Made by a program: the position numbers and the translations under genes. The notes under the pieces were generated by a model that was not told where the DNA came from, did no database searches, and worked only from the letters and a program-made list of their open reading frames with translations. From Macrostomum lignano (taxonomy: Eukaryota): a stretch of DNA of 64,000 bases. Shown here piece after piece: positions 38,890 through 53,144 of the stretch (the first letter of the stretch is position 1; every line of letters starts with the position of its first letter). The stretch spans positions 62,001 through 126,000 of the forward strand of contig NIVC01002882.1 of the NCBI GenBank assembly GCA_002269645.1, read 5' to 3'.

Positions 38890-39212
38890 TCACTCATGCA
38901 GTCACTCACTCATGCAGTCACTCATGCAGTCACTCACTCATGCAGTCACTCACTCATGCAGTCACTCACTCATGCAGTCACTCACTCATGCAGTCACTCA
39001 CTCATGCAGTCACTCACTCATGCAGTCACTCACTCATGCAGTCACTCACTCATGCAGTCACTCACTCATGCAGTCACTCACTCATGCAGTCACTCACTCA
39101 TGCAGTCACTCACTCATGCAGTCACTCACTCATGCAGTCACTCCTTCATGCAGTCACTCTCTCATGCAGTCACTCACTCATACAGTCATTCGCTCACGCA
39201 GTCACTCTCTCA
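38890..39212. repeat. 16-bp tandem repeat (CATGCAGTCACTCACT)
   Basis: Direct reading. Confidence 0.95.
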
Positions 39213-39712
39213 TGCATTATCAACAGCTGTTAAAGTGTTAAATTTGATTTAAATTTTGCCTCGTGACCACACTTGCACCCTCCCCCGAAAAGTGGGAGTG
39301 GAATGCCTAGTCTATCGTACTAAGTTTTGGTCTAAACCACTGCTATACTATTGTGCGCTCTTGTACAGCATTGGCACAGCTGTGACTCCGCCACTATGAA
39401 CATTTTTCCTACCAAGGGACAGAGAGTAGCTCCTTCGTATATTGCAAGGGGTGGTTCCCCGTTCTATTTTTAGCCATGGCGCATTCGCCTGGTATAGAAT
39501 ATGTCTAATGCTTTGTACTGTTAAACTTTAATTTATAGCGTTTTTAGTAAATATCTAAATCAAAATGTAAGCTTACATATGTTTGCCGAATGAGTGCAGA
39601 GATTGTGTCTTGAACATGTATATTCTTTCATGTACCTTCAATTTTTGTATTTTGTGTCCTCGATTTAGTCGTATTTATTAGCATTCCTCAGTTTTCTTTT
39701 CCGGCGTTCATA

Positions 39713-40950
39713 ATGTGTCTCTGATGTTGATGGAATGTGTGCTCAATATATGGCATATTGATCTGTGCTCAGTGTGTCTTTGATGTTGATTGAATGTGTG
39801 CTCAATATGGCATATTGATCTGTGCTCAGCGTGTCTTTGATGTGGATTGAATGTGTGCTCAATATATGGCATATTGATCTGTGCTCAGTGTGTCTCTGAT
39901 GTCGATTGAATGTGTGCTCAATATATGGCGTATTGATCTGTGCTCAGTGTGTCTTTGATGTTGATTGAATGTGTGCTCAATATATGGCATATTGATCTGT
40001 GCTCAGTGTGTCTCTGATGTCGATTGAATGTGTGCTCAATATATGGCATATTGGTATGCCCTCAGTGTGTCTCTGATGTTGATTGAATGTGTGCTCAATA
40101 TATGGCATATTGATCTGTGCTCAGTGTGTCTCTGATGTTGATTGAATGTGTGCTCAATATATGGCATATTGGTATGCCCTCAGTGTGTCTCTGATGTTGA
40201 TTGAATGTGTGCTCAATATATGGCATATTGATCTGTGCTCAGTGTGTCTCTGATGTTGATTGAATGTGTGCTCAATATATGGCATATTGATCTGTGCTCA
40301 GTGTGTCTCTGATGTTGATTGAATGTGTGCTCAATATATGGCATATTGATCTGTGCTCAGTGTGTCTTTGATGTTGATTGAATGTGTGCTCAATATATGG
40401 CATATTGATCTGTGCTCAGTGTGTCTCTGATGTTGATTGAATGTGTGCTCAATATATGGCATATTGATCTGTGCTCAGTGTGTCTCTGATGTTGATTGAA
40501 TGTGTGCTCAATATATGGCATATTGGTATGCCCTCAGTGTGTCTCTGATGTTGATTGAATGTGTGCTCAATATATGGCATATTGATCTGTGCTCAGTGTG
40601 TCTCTGATGTTGATTGAATGTGTGCTCAATATATGGCATATTGATCTGTGCTCAGCGTGTCTCTGATGTTGATTGAATGTGTGCTCAATATATGGCATAT
40701 TGATCTGTGCTCAGCGTGTCTTTGATGTTGATTGAATGTGTGCTCAATATATGGCATATTGATCTGTGCTCAGTGTGTCTTTGATGTTGATTGAATGTGT
40801 GCTCAATATATGGCATATTGATCTGTGCTCAGTGTGTCTTTGATGTTGATTGAATGTGTGCTCAATATATGGCATATTGATCTGTGCTCAGTGTGTATTT
40901 GATGTTGATTGAATGTGTGCTCAATATATGAAATATTGATGTCCTCAGTG
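39713..40950. repeat. ~59-bp minisatellite, about 21 copies
   Basis: Unit GTGTCTCTGATGTTGATTGAATGTGTGCTCAATATATGGCATATTGATCTGTGCTCAGT. Confidence 0.95.
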
Positions 40951-41499
40951 TCTTTTTATTTGCTTTTATGATGTCTTTGATGTCTTTGATGTCTCTTCAG
41001 CATGTCTTCTAGGTGTCCTCATCACATTAGCCCATGGTGCACATGCATGTGTCAGTATAAAACTTACCTACTCGTAGATCCTCATACTCATAGTCACGGA
41101 AAGTTTAAAAAGTTACATAGAAAAAAATGAGTTTTTCATACAAAATAATTCTTTAAGATTCTTTATATACGCTCGTACATATCGCAAAAACCTAATTAAG
41201 AACTTGCGCCAGTGCCTTGAAGCGTACATATGGTGCATCTGTGTACTCCCCCCGATCCTGCAGTCAGAAAGTCCCAACATAATGGACAATTTTCAGGCTA
41301 GACTATGTAAATTGTCAAAACAGCACCATTGCATTGTAGAGTAGAGTCATCTAAAATTAGTCGTGACCTAAGCAAAACTTTAGTCCCTTGTTAGACTAGT
41401 TAAACTGGTGACGTATTTACTACTAGTTGAGTACGAGGTAGTAGTTTATTGAGCATATGCCATCATTCTGAATCTGGCATATGATTCTTTAGTATCAAA

Positions 41500-41701
<202 letters not shown>

Positions 41702-42459
41702 CGCAACACACGACCGTTGGTTCGAATTCATGCGCGACCATATTCAAGGCACAGACAGTGTACATGCCTGAAGATGAGAAAGTCAGGGCACCTGTACACC
41801 CTGTGTGAGCGTGTGTGTGAGTACCCGCCTGCGTACAGTATTGGTGCGCTTGTGTGCCTGCTCGCTCAGAAAAGTCGGCGGAATGGGCAGCAATGCCTCT
41901 CGCTGGTTGTGTGACAGCGTCGCTTAAAGTGCGCCAGGGTGCACACATTCCCCGTCTAAAGCTAAAAACCTTAACCTAATCCCTAATCTACCATTAACTA
42001 AAATCCAAACCCAGACACATCCAAAAATGGAGCGACGAATGGCCGACGGCAAAAAAGATGAAATAAAACGCATGAAAATAGTTCTGTAGTCTTAATTGGC
42101 TTAAAGGAAAACACTAGGCACTGAGGCAATTGTTGTTTTTAGTCAAAAAAGTTGTTGTTTTCTAAAAATAAAGTACCTGCAATTCTGGGACAAGTTTAGC
42201 ATATGGTAGGATGAGGAGATACATGTACAGTTACTTCGGTGGTAGTTTGTTAAATTACTTCATAATAAGAGTTCAAGAAACTTGGTAAGTATTACACCGT
42301 ATCGATAAAAAACAGGACATCCTACAGACTCAAGAGCAATATGGAGCTCAAAATTAGATGCACTCTATCATCATCATCAAAAGGTGCTATCTTCTAAAAC
42401 TGGGTGCGTCTGAACTTCATCTGGAAAAAAACTTAATATCCAATATAAGCTCGTTAGTC

Positions 42460-43029
42460 TCACTGCCTGAGCATGCACTCAAAGGTCTTCATGGAGTAAT
42501 CCAGTTTAAGCGCACTACCCTTCGTATCGAACAGGTAATAGAATATGCCTGTAGTATTCAGTGCAGCAGGTGGGAGCAGGTAAACACCGTTAGGATTGAT
42601 GAAGTTGCACCAGCCGAACCAGCCAGCTGATCTCTGTTGGGCGCAGCTGCAGCCACAGTCGTCATTGTCGGAGTCCGGAGTGCTGAACTGCCAGTTGTTC
42701 GGCGAGTGCTTCGCAAAAGTACGCTGTCCGACACTCGACCTGCTCGCGTCCAGGGGTCCCATCGAGCACCTGTACTTGTCGCTCGCTGGGCCAACAGAGA
42801 ACGGAGAATTCTCAGCCCAGTACCAGGTGCCGTTCCAGTCGCTGAACTCCCAGCGGACTCTCCACACTCCAGTGGCGGTGAGCTGGTGGAGCTGCTCCAG
42901 CCCCATCCAGTAGTTGAGACTCTCGCCCTGACCGAATCCGCTCGCGTAGTCCGTCCAGTTCCGGTTGAAGCTGACGGAGCCGTCGACTCGGTGCTGGAAG
43001 GTCGTCCAGCACTTCACCGGCTCCCTCAT
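42460..43029 (-). CDS. Fibrinogen-related domain (FReD) protein, terminal exon
   Basis: WTTFQHRVDGSVSFNRNWTDYASGFG..YWMGLEQLHQLT..FSTPDSDNDD..C..Q..AGWF..C..NPNGVY; CAG acceptor at 43030-43032. Confidence 0.9.
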   Translation of the reverse strand: MREPVKCWTTFQHRVDGSVSFNRNWTDYASGFGQGESLNYWMGLEQLHQLTATGVWRVRWEFSDWNGTWYWAENSPFSVGPASDKYRCSMGPLDASRSSVGQRTFAKHSPNNWQFSTPDSDNDDCGCSCAQQRSAGWFGWCNFINPNGVYLLPPAALNTTGIFYYLFDTKGSALKLDYSMKTFECMLRQ

Positions 43030-44188
43030 CTGCAGGGGCGCAAAAGTGCTGCATTTGTTTCTCCAGATCAAACGCAATCCTCACTTTAGAAGTGTTCAAG
43101 CGCACTTAGGCTTTATATAATAGATAATAGTTTCTAGGAGGGCGACATCGTCTCACGACATCCTGCGCTGAAGCTATTCTGCCCATTCCGTTGACTCCCG
43201 AGCACATGCAAGCGTGCCAATACCGTAAACACGCACACACGGGGTGTACATCGGCCCTGACTTTCTAATCGTCTGGAATGTACAGTCTCTGCGTCTTAGA
43301 GTTGTCCGCATGGCTGTGAATCGCCCGATCAGTAAGTTGATGCACAGCCCTCTGGCCTACTGTGTGAGCCGCTTTCAAGATCACTAGCAAGTAACTCACG
43401 CGCCACACTATGGCCTCTCTGTTGTGTAGCCAAGGCTTGAAGTTTTCCAGTTGAGTTGAAGTGCTAGGTGCGCACAGTTGCTTTTTTTATATTTTCGTTA
43501 TTTAAAAAAAACTACATGATCGATATTTTAACTACACTAGAAAAACTGCACGATCGATAAATTCAAGAGCTAGAGATATCACGTGATTAATAATACATTA
43601 TACAGATAATTTATCAGCTACTCTACTTAAAGTGGCAGTATAAGTAATAGACAATAATAATAATATAGGTAGCATTTACGTTATACTTGAAATTCGTAAA
43701 ATATTATCTATCATTAAGTTGGTCTGTCAGGTTACACGACACAACACTCTCCAACCGACATGTACCTGTTGCTCATTCGCTACGAGTTGTACAACCCACA
43801 GCCGGTGCAGGAGGTGTCGCTTCTAACGCCGCAATCAACCGTCGAGGACAGTCGAGAGGACAGGCTGTTTTTCTGCGACGCTGTCGCTCTTTTCAGGCTT
43901 TTGTGCCAGCAAGTTTTCTTGTATTTTTGTTGAGACATCATCTTGTCTTCTTCAGGGGGCGCACTTGTCGTTTTTAATATTCTTGACTACATCCTGTGGA
44001 CTGCTAAGAAAGCTGCATGACCAGCTGGTTGTCCTGTTGACAAAGGTCAGCCATGCTCAACATTGAAATGACCCAAAAACATGAGTCAACTGGCATCCTG
44101 AGCATTGTTGCTGCTATCTGACCCGAGACTGTTAGACAGTACTTTATTAAATCTGAGACTTGACCCTCGGATATTTCATCTCACTCAC

Positions 44189-44479
44189 CCACAGCTGAAG
44201 CAGGCTGGAGTCTCTGGCGTGCCGGCACTTCCTGCAGGCGTCCATCGCTCCCCGATCGCAGGCCAGCAGCGAGCAGGAGCCCGAGGCAGCGTCGAAGCGG
44301 ACGGCGTCCGCGTTCTCAGTGACCGCAGTACAGTGAATGTCGCTGCTGGCCTGCTTCACCGCCAGCACCCGGTACTCGGCGAGGTCGCCTCGCTGGCGCT
44401 TCCAGCCGGAGTTTGCGGCCACAGCAGTCGCCATGACAGCGCAGATGAAGCTAAGAGTCAATGCTTGAGCCATCGCCAT
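44189..44479 (-). CDS. Probable first exon of the FReD gene: signal peptide + PAN/apple-like segment
   Basis: MAMAQALTLSFICAVMATAVAA..SDIHC..AVRFDAASGSCSLL; GTGAGT donor at 44188; linkage to the FReD exon inferred from position only. Confidence 0.5.
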
Positions 44480-44850
44480 TTACACTACAGCTGCTTGGAG
44501 AACTGGGAGGGAAAAGTTGGGAGGCAAGAGCGGGCAGAAGCTGGTTAAATTTTATGTTGAAGCTGGGTTGCTGGGCGACGGAGAACAAAGCTCTGGAGAA
44601 TGAGTCTGCTGAAGCTCTGCTTGCAGTGAAATAGGGAACCCTCAACTGCAACTTTTTCTTCTTATCAGCTTTTTTCGCAGCTGTATTGGACGGATGTTTG
44701 CCCTACAAAAGTGAAAACTAGAATTTCTTTAGGATTAGAAATTCTCTTGTTCAAATGCCTTTTTGGTGATTCACTGCTGCTGAGGTGACAGACACCTCTC
44801 CTTGAATACAGGCATTGAAGTATTAGACAATGGGCTCCCTGAAGGAGGAT

Positions 44851-45270
<420 letters not shown>

Positions 45271-46604
45271 CAGAATGCTGTCTAGACTCCAAGTCTACAG
45301 CCTTACTAACAGTAGCACAGTTGGCAGCAAATGTCGAAATCCCCAAAACCCGCAGCTTTGCGGACTGGACGGGTTTGGCACCTGCGAGAAATGCTCAAAT
45401 CTGTGCATTCAGGTGAGTCAGTGATACTATGACTTTGTAAAGATGACTTAATAAAATAAGTTTCACTTCCACAAACTGCGCAAATGTCGAAAAGCATTTA
45501 CGTTTAAAGCATTTCATTTACAAATTTGATTTGTTCCGGCATTGGACGTTGTCCCAAGTTGTTATCAAAAATTTACGTAACTTGTGGGTCTGCATCTTAC
45601 TGAAATAAAAAATAGCGTATAAAAATATCCGTGACGATTAAAAGCAAGAAATTTGATAGTTTAATTTCTCAGAAAAGATGCAGATTAGTGCAGAATGAGT
45701 CTTCATTCCCGAAAATGCATTCCCTCACGTCAGTAGCAGACAGGCTTAAAAGCTGTTGCATTGGCCAGCTGCAGGACGCAGCACTGCTCACCTCATCTAG
45801 CAATTTTCTGTGCTTCAACCCTATCTACCAGCATTCTGCCTCCGCTCCAGCATGCTGGCAGCCTGTCGGACAGAGAGGTGAGGAGCGCCTGCCTGTTATG
45901 CCAGACGGGGGCGGCGGCCCCAGAATTGCCATGCAGACCCCCCTGCTCTGCTCAAATACTCAGAGCCATATAACTATGGCAGCCATGCTGACTGTCCCAG
46001 GGATAGTGCTGGGCGGAAAAATATCCCTGTTGGTGGAGGGGGCGAGAGTCGACTGGAGGGGGAGAGGGAGAGAGGAAGGTTGGGGAGGCAGACAGGCAGG
46101 AGACAGGCCTGCATGGGAGGCGGAGGAGGCGGTGGGAACTCCAGGATTAAAGCGACAGAAAAGGTGTGCGGCTGCTGCTGCTCCAATGAGAGCTCCAGCA
46201 AACCGGCAGACTCAACAGTTCTGAGTTGAGCACCCCGTCCTGTCCAATACAATACTTGCTAGAAGTCAAAGGAATTACAACACAAACAGTGTTGGTGTTG
46301 GTCCCAAACGGAAGTAAGGAATAAACTAAACTAACAAATCTTTCTAGATCCGCAGACACCACAGCTGTGGGTAGCAAAGTACGGCATACGCTGCAGTCAA
46401 AAGCACTACTGGTCTGTTAGTATAAAACCGGTTGCAAGAAGCGTCTTCGAATTTGTAAAGGTAATTTTTAATATTTTAATTCGTTTATGTTTTGACTACG
46501 AGAGAAAATTAAAATTGTATCAATAAAACTTTTTAAACCACATGGCTTCTTTATCATTCAACAGCCATACCTAATAAACCTGACCAATTAGCAGTCAAAT
46601 AAAA

Positions 46605-47245
46605 CAGTTACCCCAATACACCTGGTCTAAAAGCAATCAAATAAGATAGTTACCCCAATACACCCGGTCAATAAGCAGTCAATTAAAACAGCCACCCCAA
46701 TACACCTGGTCAATAAGCAGTCAATTAAAACAGCCACCCCAATACACCTGGTCAATTAGTAATCAATTAGAACAGCCACACCAATGCACCTGGTCAATTA
46801 ATAATCAATTAGAACAGCCACACCAATACACCTGGTCAATTAGTAATCAATTAGAACAGCCACACCAATGCACCTGGTCAATTAGTAATCAATTAGAACA
46901 GCCACACCAATACACCTGGTCAATTAGTAATCAATTAGAACAGCCACCCCAATACACCTGGTCAATTAGTAATCAATTAGACCAGCCACACCAATACACC
47001 TGGTCAATTAGTAATCAATTAGAACAGCCACCCCAATACACCTGGTCAATTAGTAATCAATTAGAACAGCCACACCAATACACCTGGTCAATTAGTAATC
47101 AATTAGACCAGCCACACCAATACACCTGGTCAATTAGTAATCAATTAGAACAGCCACCCCAATACACCTGGTCAATTAGTAATCAATTAGAACAGCCACA
47201 CCAATACACCTGGTCAATTAGTAATCAATTAGAACAGCCACCTTA
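46605..47245. repeat. 42-bp minisatellite
   Basis: Unit AATACACCTGGTCAATTAGTAATCAATTAGAACAGCCACACC. Confidence 0.93.
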
Positions 47246-47737
47246 TACACCTTTCTAATTAGCAGCCAAATAATACAGCAACAATAATACATATCCTTTT
47301 CCGAGCAGGCCTCGAAATACCGAAAGATGCAGCCAGACTGTTAAAAATATTTTTGCTGAAAAAGTACGATATTTAGCATCGCGAAAGCAACCCGGGATGT
47401 CAAATAATACCTGCCGCTCGGTTTATCCACCAGAATTTCCGAGTGTATTCATACACGCATTGTGAATCTTTGAATAGCTAGCTTTTTTTCCAAGAACGCG
47501 CCTCGTCGCGCGACGCAAATCAGCGGGAGTCTCAGGTGTGCTCATCCTCTTTTCCCAGTGGATTCTCTTTGATCTTGTCTGCTAGGATACTGCAGGTTTT
47601 GCTTGATTCTTGCCTAATTAAATCTATTCGTTATTTATTAGCTCTGCTGTCCCGCAGGTGGCAATGAAATAAAAATCTTTTTTGTCCGTTGTAGCAAATC
47701 TCAGTAAATAAAATTATGTTTTAAAACACTTGCTCGG

Positions 47738-47750
47738 ATAGATAGATAGG

Positions 47751-47827
<77 letters not shown>

Positions 47828-47835
47828 GGATAGAT
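47738..47835. repeat. (GATA)n microsatellite
   Basis: Direct reading. Confidence 0.97.
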
Positions 47836-47871
47836 AAATCGATAACCGCCAGCTTCACTCGCACATGCAGC

Positions 47872-50324
47872 ATGTCTTCATCCAAGGCGGAGGACGGTCT
47901 CACAGAGGAGCAGATCGAGGAGTTCCGTGAGGCCTTCTCACTATTCGACAAGGATGGAGACGGCACCATCACGAACAAGGAGTTGGCAGTTGTCATGCAA
48001 GCTCTGGGACAAAATCCCACACCTGAGGAGCTTAAGGTGAGCCAAATCTAGTTTATGACTGAGTGAGCTAGCAGTCTAGATTATGACTGAGTGAACTCGC
48101 ACTCTAGATTATGACTGAGTGAGCTAGCAGTCTAGATTATGACTGAGTGAACTGGCAGTCTAGATTATGACTGAGTGAACTGGCAGTCTAGTTTATGACT
48201 GAGTGAACTAGCAGTCTAGATTATGACTGAGTGAACTATCAGTCTAGATTATGACTGAGTGAACTAGCAGTCTAGATTATGACTGAGTGAACTAGCAGTC
48301 TAGATTATGACTGAGTGAACTAGCAGTCTAGATTATGACTGAGTGAACTAGCAGTCTAGATTATGACTGAGTTAACTGGCACTCTAGATTATGACTGAGT
48401 GAACTGGCAGTCTAGTTTATGACTGAAATCATCGTCTACTTTCGAAGATCGCATGGCCATCTCTCTCTCTCCCCCAGTGGACAAAGCAGTTCGCCTGTAC
48501 GCATACGCTATGACACAGCGACATTCTCAGAGATTACAGAATACATTTGCTAATGAACCAATACCTAGGAGTGACTCTATACATGTATGCTTCTTTATAT
48601 CGTGGAAAAAAGCTGCATGCATCTAAGAATTTTTGTGTCGCAGAGAGAGAGACAGAGAAGCAGATGGAAATGCATTACCAAACTGCATGCCAGTGCTCCC
48701 GCATATTACTCATCATTGCTAGCGACTGTGGGTTCCATATAGGAACTTGATGGGATCTGTTCCGTGCAATCGCTACGAGAGGAGGCTGTACTCAATGCAT
48801 TGAGAGCTCTTGCTAGCAATTTTATTTTGCATCATAGCAGCAGCTCCTACTCACGTGAGCACTGCGTCCCAGAGCCACATGAGTGGTTGGTGAAGGCCAA
48901 ATTTATATTAATTCTTAATTAGTGATGCCCCATCATTTCGGCTAGAGGATACGGCGTTTTATGCCGCCAGTTTGTAAAACTATTAATGCTCCAGTGGTAT
49001 GAGGGGAATAGACCTGCGTTTAATGGGGTTTGACCTGGCGTGGGGATGAGGGAGGGCTGCCGCTGGGGCTGGGCGGGTTGGGGTGGGGTGCAAATAGGGA
49101 TCGCAGTCTGATAATTGCTTTGAGTCTCAGAAAAACTGCGTTGCCATCTGCATTAACCTTGGTTCTCAACCATTCAGCGATGGAAGGCTGATGATGCAGA
49201 GGAGACTGTAGATGCTGTAAATGAGACGGTAGATGCTGTAGAGGGATACTGTAGATGCTGTAACTGAGATGGTAGATGCTTTAGATGAGACTATAGATGC
49301 TGCAGATGAGACTTTGATGCTGTAAATGAGACTGTAGATCCAGGTGTAGATGAGACTGTAGATGCTGTAGATGAGACTGTAGATGCTGTAGATGAGACTG
49401 TAGATGCTGTAGATGAGACTGTAGATGCTATAGGTGATCACTGTAGATGCTGTAGATGAGTCTGTAGATGAGACTGTAGATGCTGCAGATGAGTTTGTAA
49501 ATGAGACTGTAGATGCTATAGGTGATCACTGTAGATGCTGTAAATGAGACTGTAGATGCTATAGGTGATCACTGTAGATGCTGTAAATGAGACTGTAGAT
49601 GCTGTAGATGAGACTGCAGATGCTGTAAATGAGACTGTAGATGCTATAGGTGATCACTGTAGATGCTGTAAATGAGACTGTAGATGCTGTAGATGAGACT
49701 GTAGATGCTGTAGATGAGACTGCAGATGCTGTAGATGAGACTGCAGATGCTGTAGATGAGACTGCAGATGCTGTAAATGAGACTGTAGATGCTGCCTTGT
49801 GGCTGTAAAAGTAGATGAGGCTGTATAAGGAAGGCAGCTGCACTCAGTGGTGCAGGACCTAAAAAATCAGTGACCTGTCAGCACTCCGCAACCCCAACAA
49901 TCCCCAGGAGATGATCCGCGAGGTTGATCAGGACGGCTCCGGCAGCATTGAATTCGACGAATTTCTCGACATGATGAAGAAGCAAATGAACAGCTCCGAC
50001 TCCGAGGAGGAGGTCCGACGCGCCTTCCGCCTGTTCGACGCTGACGGAGACGGCTTCCTGAGCGCCACCGAGCTGCGCCAGGTGATGCAGAACCTCGGCG
50101 AGAGGCTCACAGCCGAGGAGGTCGAGGCGATGATCGAGGAGGCTGACACCGACCGCGACGGCCAGGTGAGCTACGTAGAGTTTGCCAAGATCATGGGCGT
50201 CTGTGTTGGAGGCGGCGGTGGTGGCAGTGGCGGCGGCGGTGGCACCGACGAAGATCAAGGCGAACCCGGAGCGGCCACCGGCAGCGGCGGACCTTGCAGA
50301 AGCAAGGAGGGCACAGCTGTGTGA
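47872..50324 (+). CDS. Calmodulin-like protein, four EF hands, ~193 aa with Gly-rich C-terminal extension
   Basis: Exons 47872-48036 + 49908-50324 (phase 0): [32 protein letters not shown]|[43 protein letters not shown]; intron holds 28-mer (48047-48425) and 21-mer (49200-49795) repeats. Confidence 0.93.
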
Positions 50325-50579
50325 CCAGCTGCGTGTAGACATTTTTGGTTTTATGTCGAATTTTTACAATCTGTTAACTCCTCACAAGTAACATTGGGTG
50401 ATGACAAGCGCGAGTTTGCCAAGTAGGTCAGCTGTTCTTGTCATGTTCAACTCCAAAGAGATTGAAGCACGAGTCAAGAAAGAGTCAAGCCCAGTTCGTT
50501 TACCAGAATAGGAGCAGTGCATGGCGAAGACAGCTAGGGATTTTAATTGGATGAAGCAACCCTAAAATAAGCGCCTAGG

Positions 50580-51042
50580 TGTCTCTTGGGGGGCGCCTGT
50601 GTCTCTCGGTTGGCGCCCGTCTCTTGGTGGGTGCCCCTGTCTCTTGGTGGGTGCCCCTGTCTCTTGGTGGGCGCCCCTGTCTCTTGGTGGGTGCCCCTGT
50701 CTCTTGGTGGGCGCCCCTGTCTCTTGGTGGGTGCCCCTGTCTCTTGGTGGGTGCCCCTGTCTCTTGGTGGGTGCCCCGGTCTCTTGGTGGGCGCCCTTGT
50801 CTCTTGGTGGGCGCCCTTGTCTCTTGGTGGGCGCCCCTGTCTCTTGGTTGGCGCCCCTGTCTCTTGATTGGCGCCCCTGTCTCTTGGTGGGTGCCCCTGT
50901 CTCTTGGTTGGCGCCCCTGTCTCTTGATTGGCGCCCCTGTCTCTTGGTTGGCGCCCCTGTCTCTTGGTGGGTGCCTCTGTCTCTTGGTGGGTGCCTCTGT
51001 CTCTTGGTGGGTGCCCCTGTCTCTTGGTAGGTGCCCCTGTCT
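50580..51042. repeat. 20-bp tandem repeat (GTCTCTTGGTGGGCGCCCCT)
   Basis: Direct reading. Confidence 0.95.
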
Positions 51043-51554
51043 CTAGCAGATGATACTCCAGATCCGTCAGTCAACTTTGGCCATAGATATTAAGCTACGA
51101 TCATCGTCATAATTTGAAAGATAAATTATTAATTACCATCCTATTTCGTCATAGTGAGTTATCAAAATTTAATGAAAAATTTTTCAGACATGTTGCCCAG
51201 TACAGTATAAAAGTTATTTATTTATCAAAACAGCTTTGTTATCTTTAAATGTAATTTAAAAATTTTGAAGCATTCAAATTTTTTGCCTAAATCTGTGTGC
51301 GCTTTTATGTTCAACAGATCAGACGAGAGGCTCTTTCTTCAAAGAGACGTACGTGTCTTCATTTATTTTGAATCGCGAAAAGTTTAACCCACAGCGCACA
51401 GTTAATAATTCTTATCGCATGTTGTTATTCACCAAGAAAATAAATAAGGGTAATATATTGCTATTTAAACGTAAAACGAATCACAAAATAATCTTTGTTC
51501 TTTTCTGAACATAAAGGAGCATGAAAGATCGGATTTAAAGGAAGCTTGAGCATA

Positions 51555-51788
51555 GAGGCTGTAATGGAGCCTGTAAAGGAGACTGTAAAGGCTGCAATGG
51601 AGACTGTAAAGGCTGCAATGGAGACTGTAAAGGCTGTACTGGAACCTGTAGAGACCTGTAGAGACTGTCAACATAACCTGTAGAGACCTGTAGAGACTGT
51701 CAACATAACCTGTAGAGACCTGTAGAGACTGTCAACATAACCTGTAGAGACCTGTAGAGACTGTCAACATAACCTGTAGAGACCTGTG
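51555..51788. repeat. Short tandem repeats including a 30-mer (ACCTGTAGAGACCTGTAGAGACTGTCAACATA-like)
   Basis: Direct reading. Confidence 0.85.
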
Positions 51789-53144
51789 AAAAGTCTAGAT
51801 TTCCATGAAAAGACCGTCTAAGGACTGAAAGGGACAAAAAAGAGATACTTGAAAGATTAATATAAATATGAATGATGTAATAATTTTTAGATAACAAAAC
51901 AACTTGTAAGTAAACGAATAACATTCAGCTGTAATTAAATCACTTTTCCCAGTTTTTATTATCAAATTTACCATAAATTCACTTGCTGAAATACAATTCC
52001 AATTTTATATACGAGTATATTTTTTATTCCGCCATAACATTTTGTTCACAACTTTAAGATACACAAACAGACGTAATTAGGGTTATGGTGCCACTATTAG
52101 TAGTATCAGTATTAGAAGTCGAAGATAACATTAAAAAAGACACGACAAGTAATAAAAATCGTTCAATAGTCGATATGCACTACTTATAGAGTTTTTCTAC
52201 TCATAGCAGTAGTGCGATACGGGTAGGGGCAAAACATGAGTTAGGAATGTGCAAGCAATAAAAGTGTCAATCAGCAAGGCAGAGCAGAAGTTTCTATTTA
52301 CAAGTTACTGGACCCAATATCGATAAAAGAACATCTCCTCCAATGCCTCGCAGAGATGAAAGTACGACAAAATTGATTGAAAAATTTAAGCAGAAAAACA
52401 CACACAGTGCCGATATGTTGTTCAATACATGCAAATTGAGATTTTAGCTGTATATTGATATTTGATATTCAAAATTGTTTTGGAATGACTTGCGTAAAAA
52501 CAATCGATACATGCGCTTGATACTACTGCAGGCACTTCTGCTGCATGGAGATGATTGATCAGTAAAACTGATGAAGATTTTGTAGATAGAAGAAATTGGC
52601 AACAAGTACCAAGTAGTTGACAAAATAGGAAAAACACAGGTTAATAAAGAAAAAAGTTTACAAATTGAAAAACGTATACACAACTGACAAATATAGGAAT
52701 GTGTTTAGAATAAATAATAGTGGAGTACAAGTGTCAGCTGTGAAGAAGAGAATCCGGCGTACTTTTAAAAGGAATGTACTTTTACATGACAGCAAAATTG
52801 TTTCGTATAAAAACCGTTGATTTGCAGCTGCTAAAACTCAGTAAAGCAAAGTACAATATAGTTATAATTGGATAAGTTGTATTGAATTTCGTTGGACAAT
52901 TTGCGCTTTGTTAAGTTTTTTTCGATACATATCGTCTCGCATTTTTTTGAAATTAAAAAAGCTATGATTTTGTTTTGAACTCTACTTAAATATATTCAGT
53001 AGTACCAATTCGGCTGACAAATTGTCCAAAAATTATAAGTAGAGCTACTTACTAGTTAAACAGTAGTATTTGATATATATTGGTGATCGAATGTTCGCGA
53101 AAAGCAGACTATATAAATAATTTCTTTAATGATAAAAAAAGATG

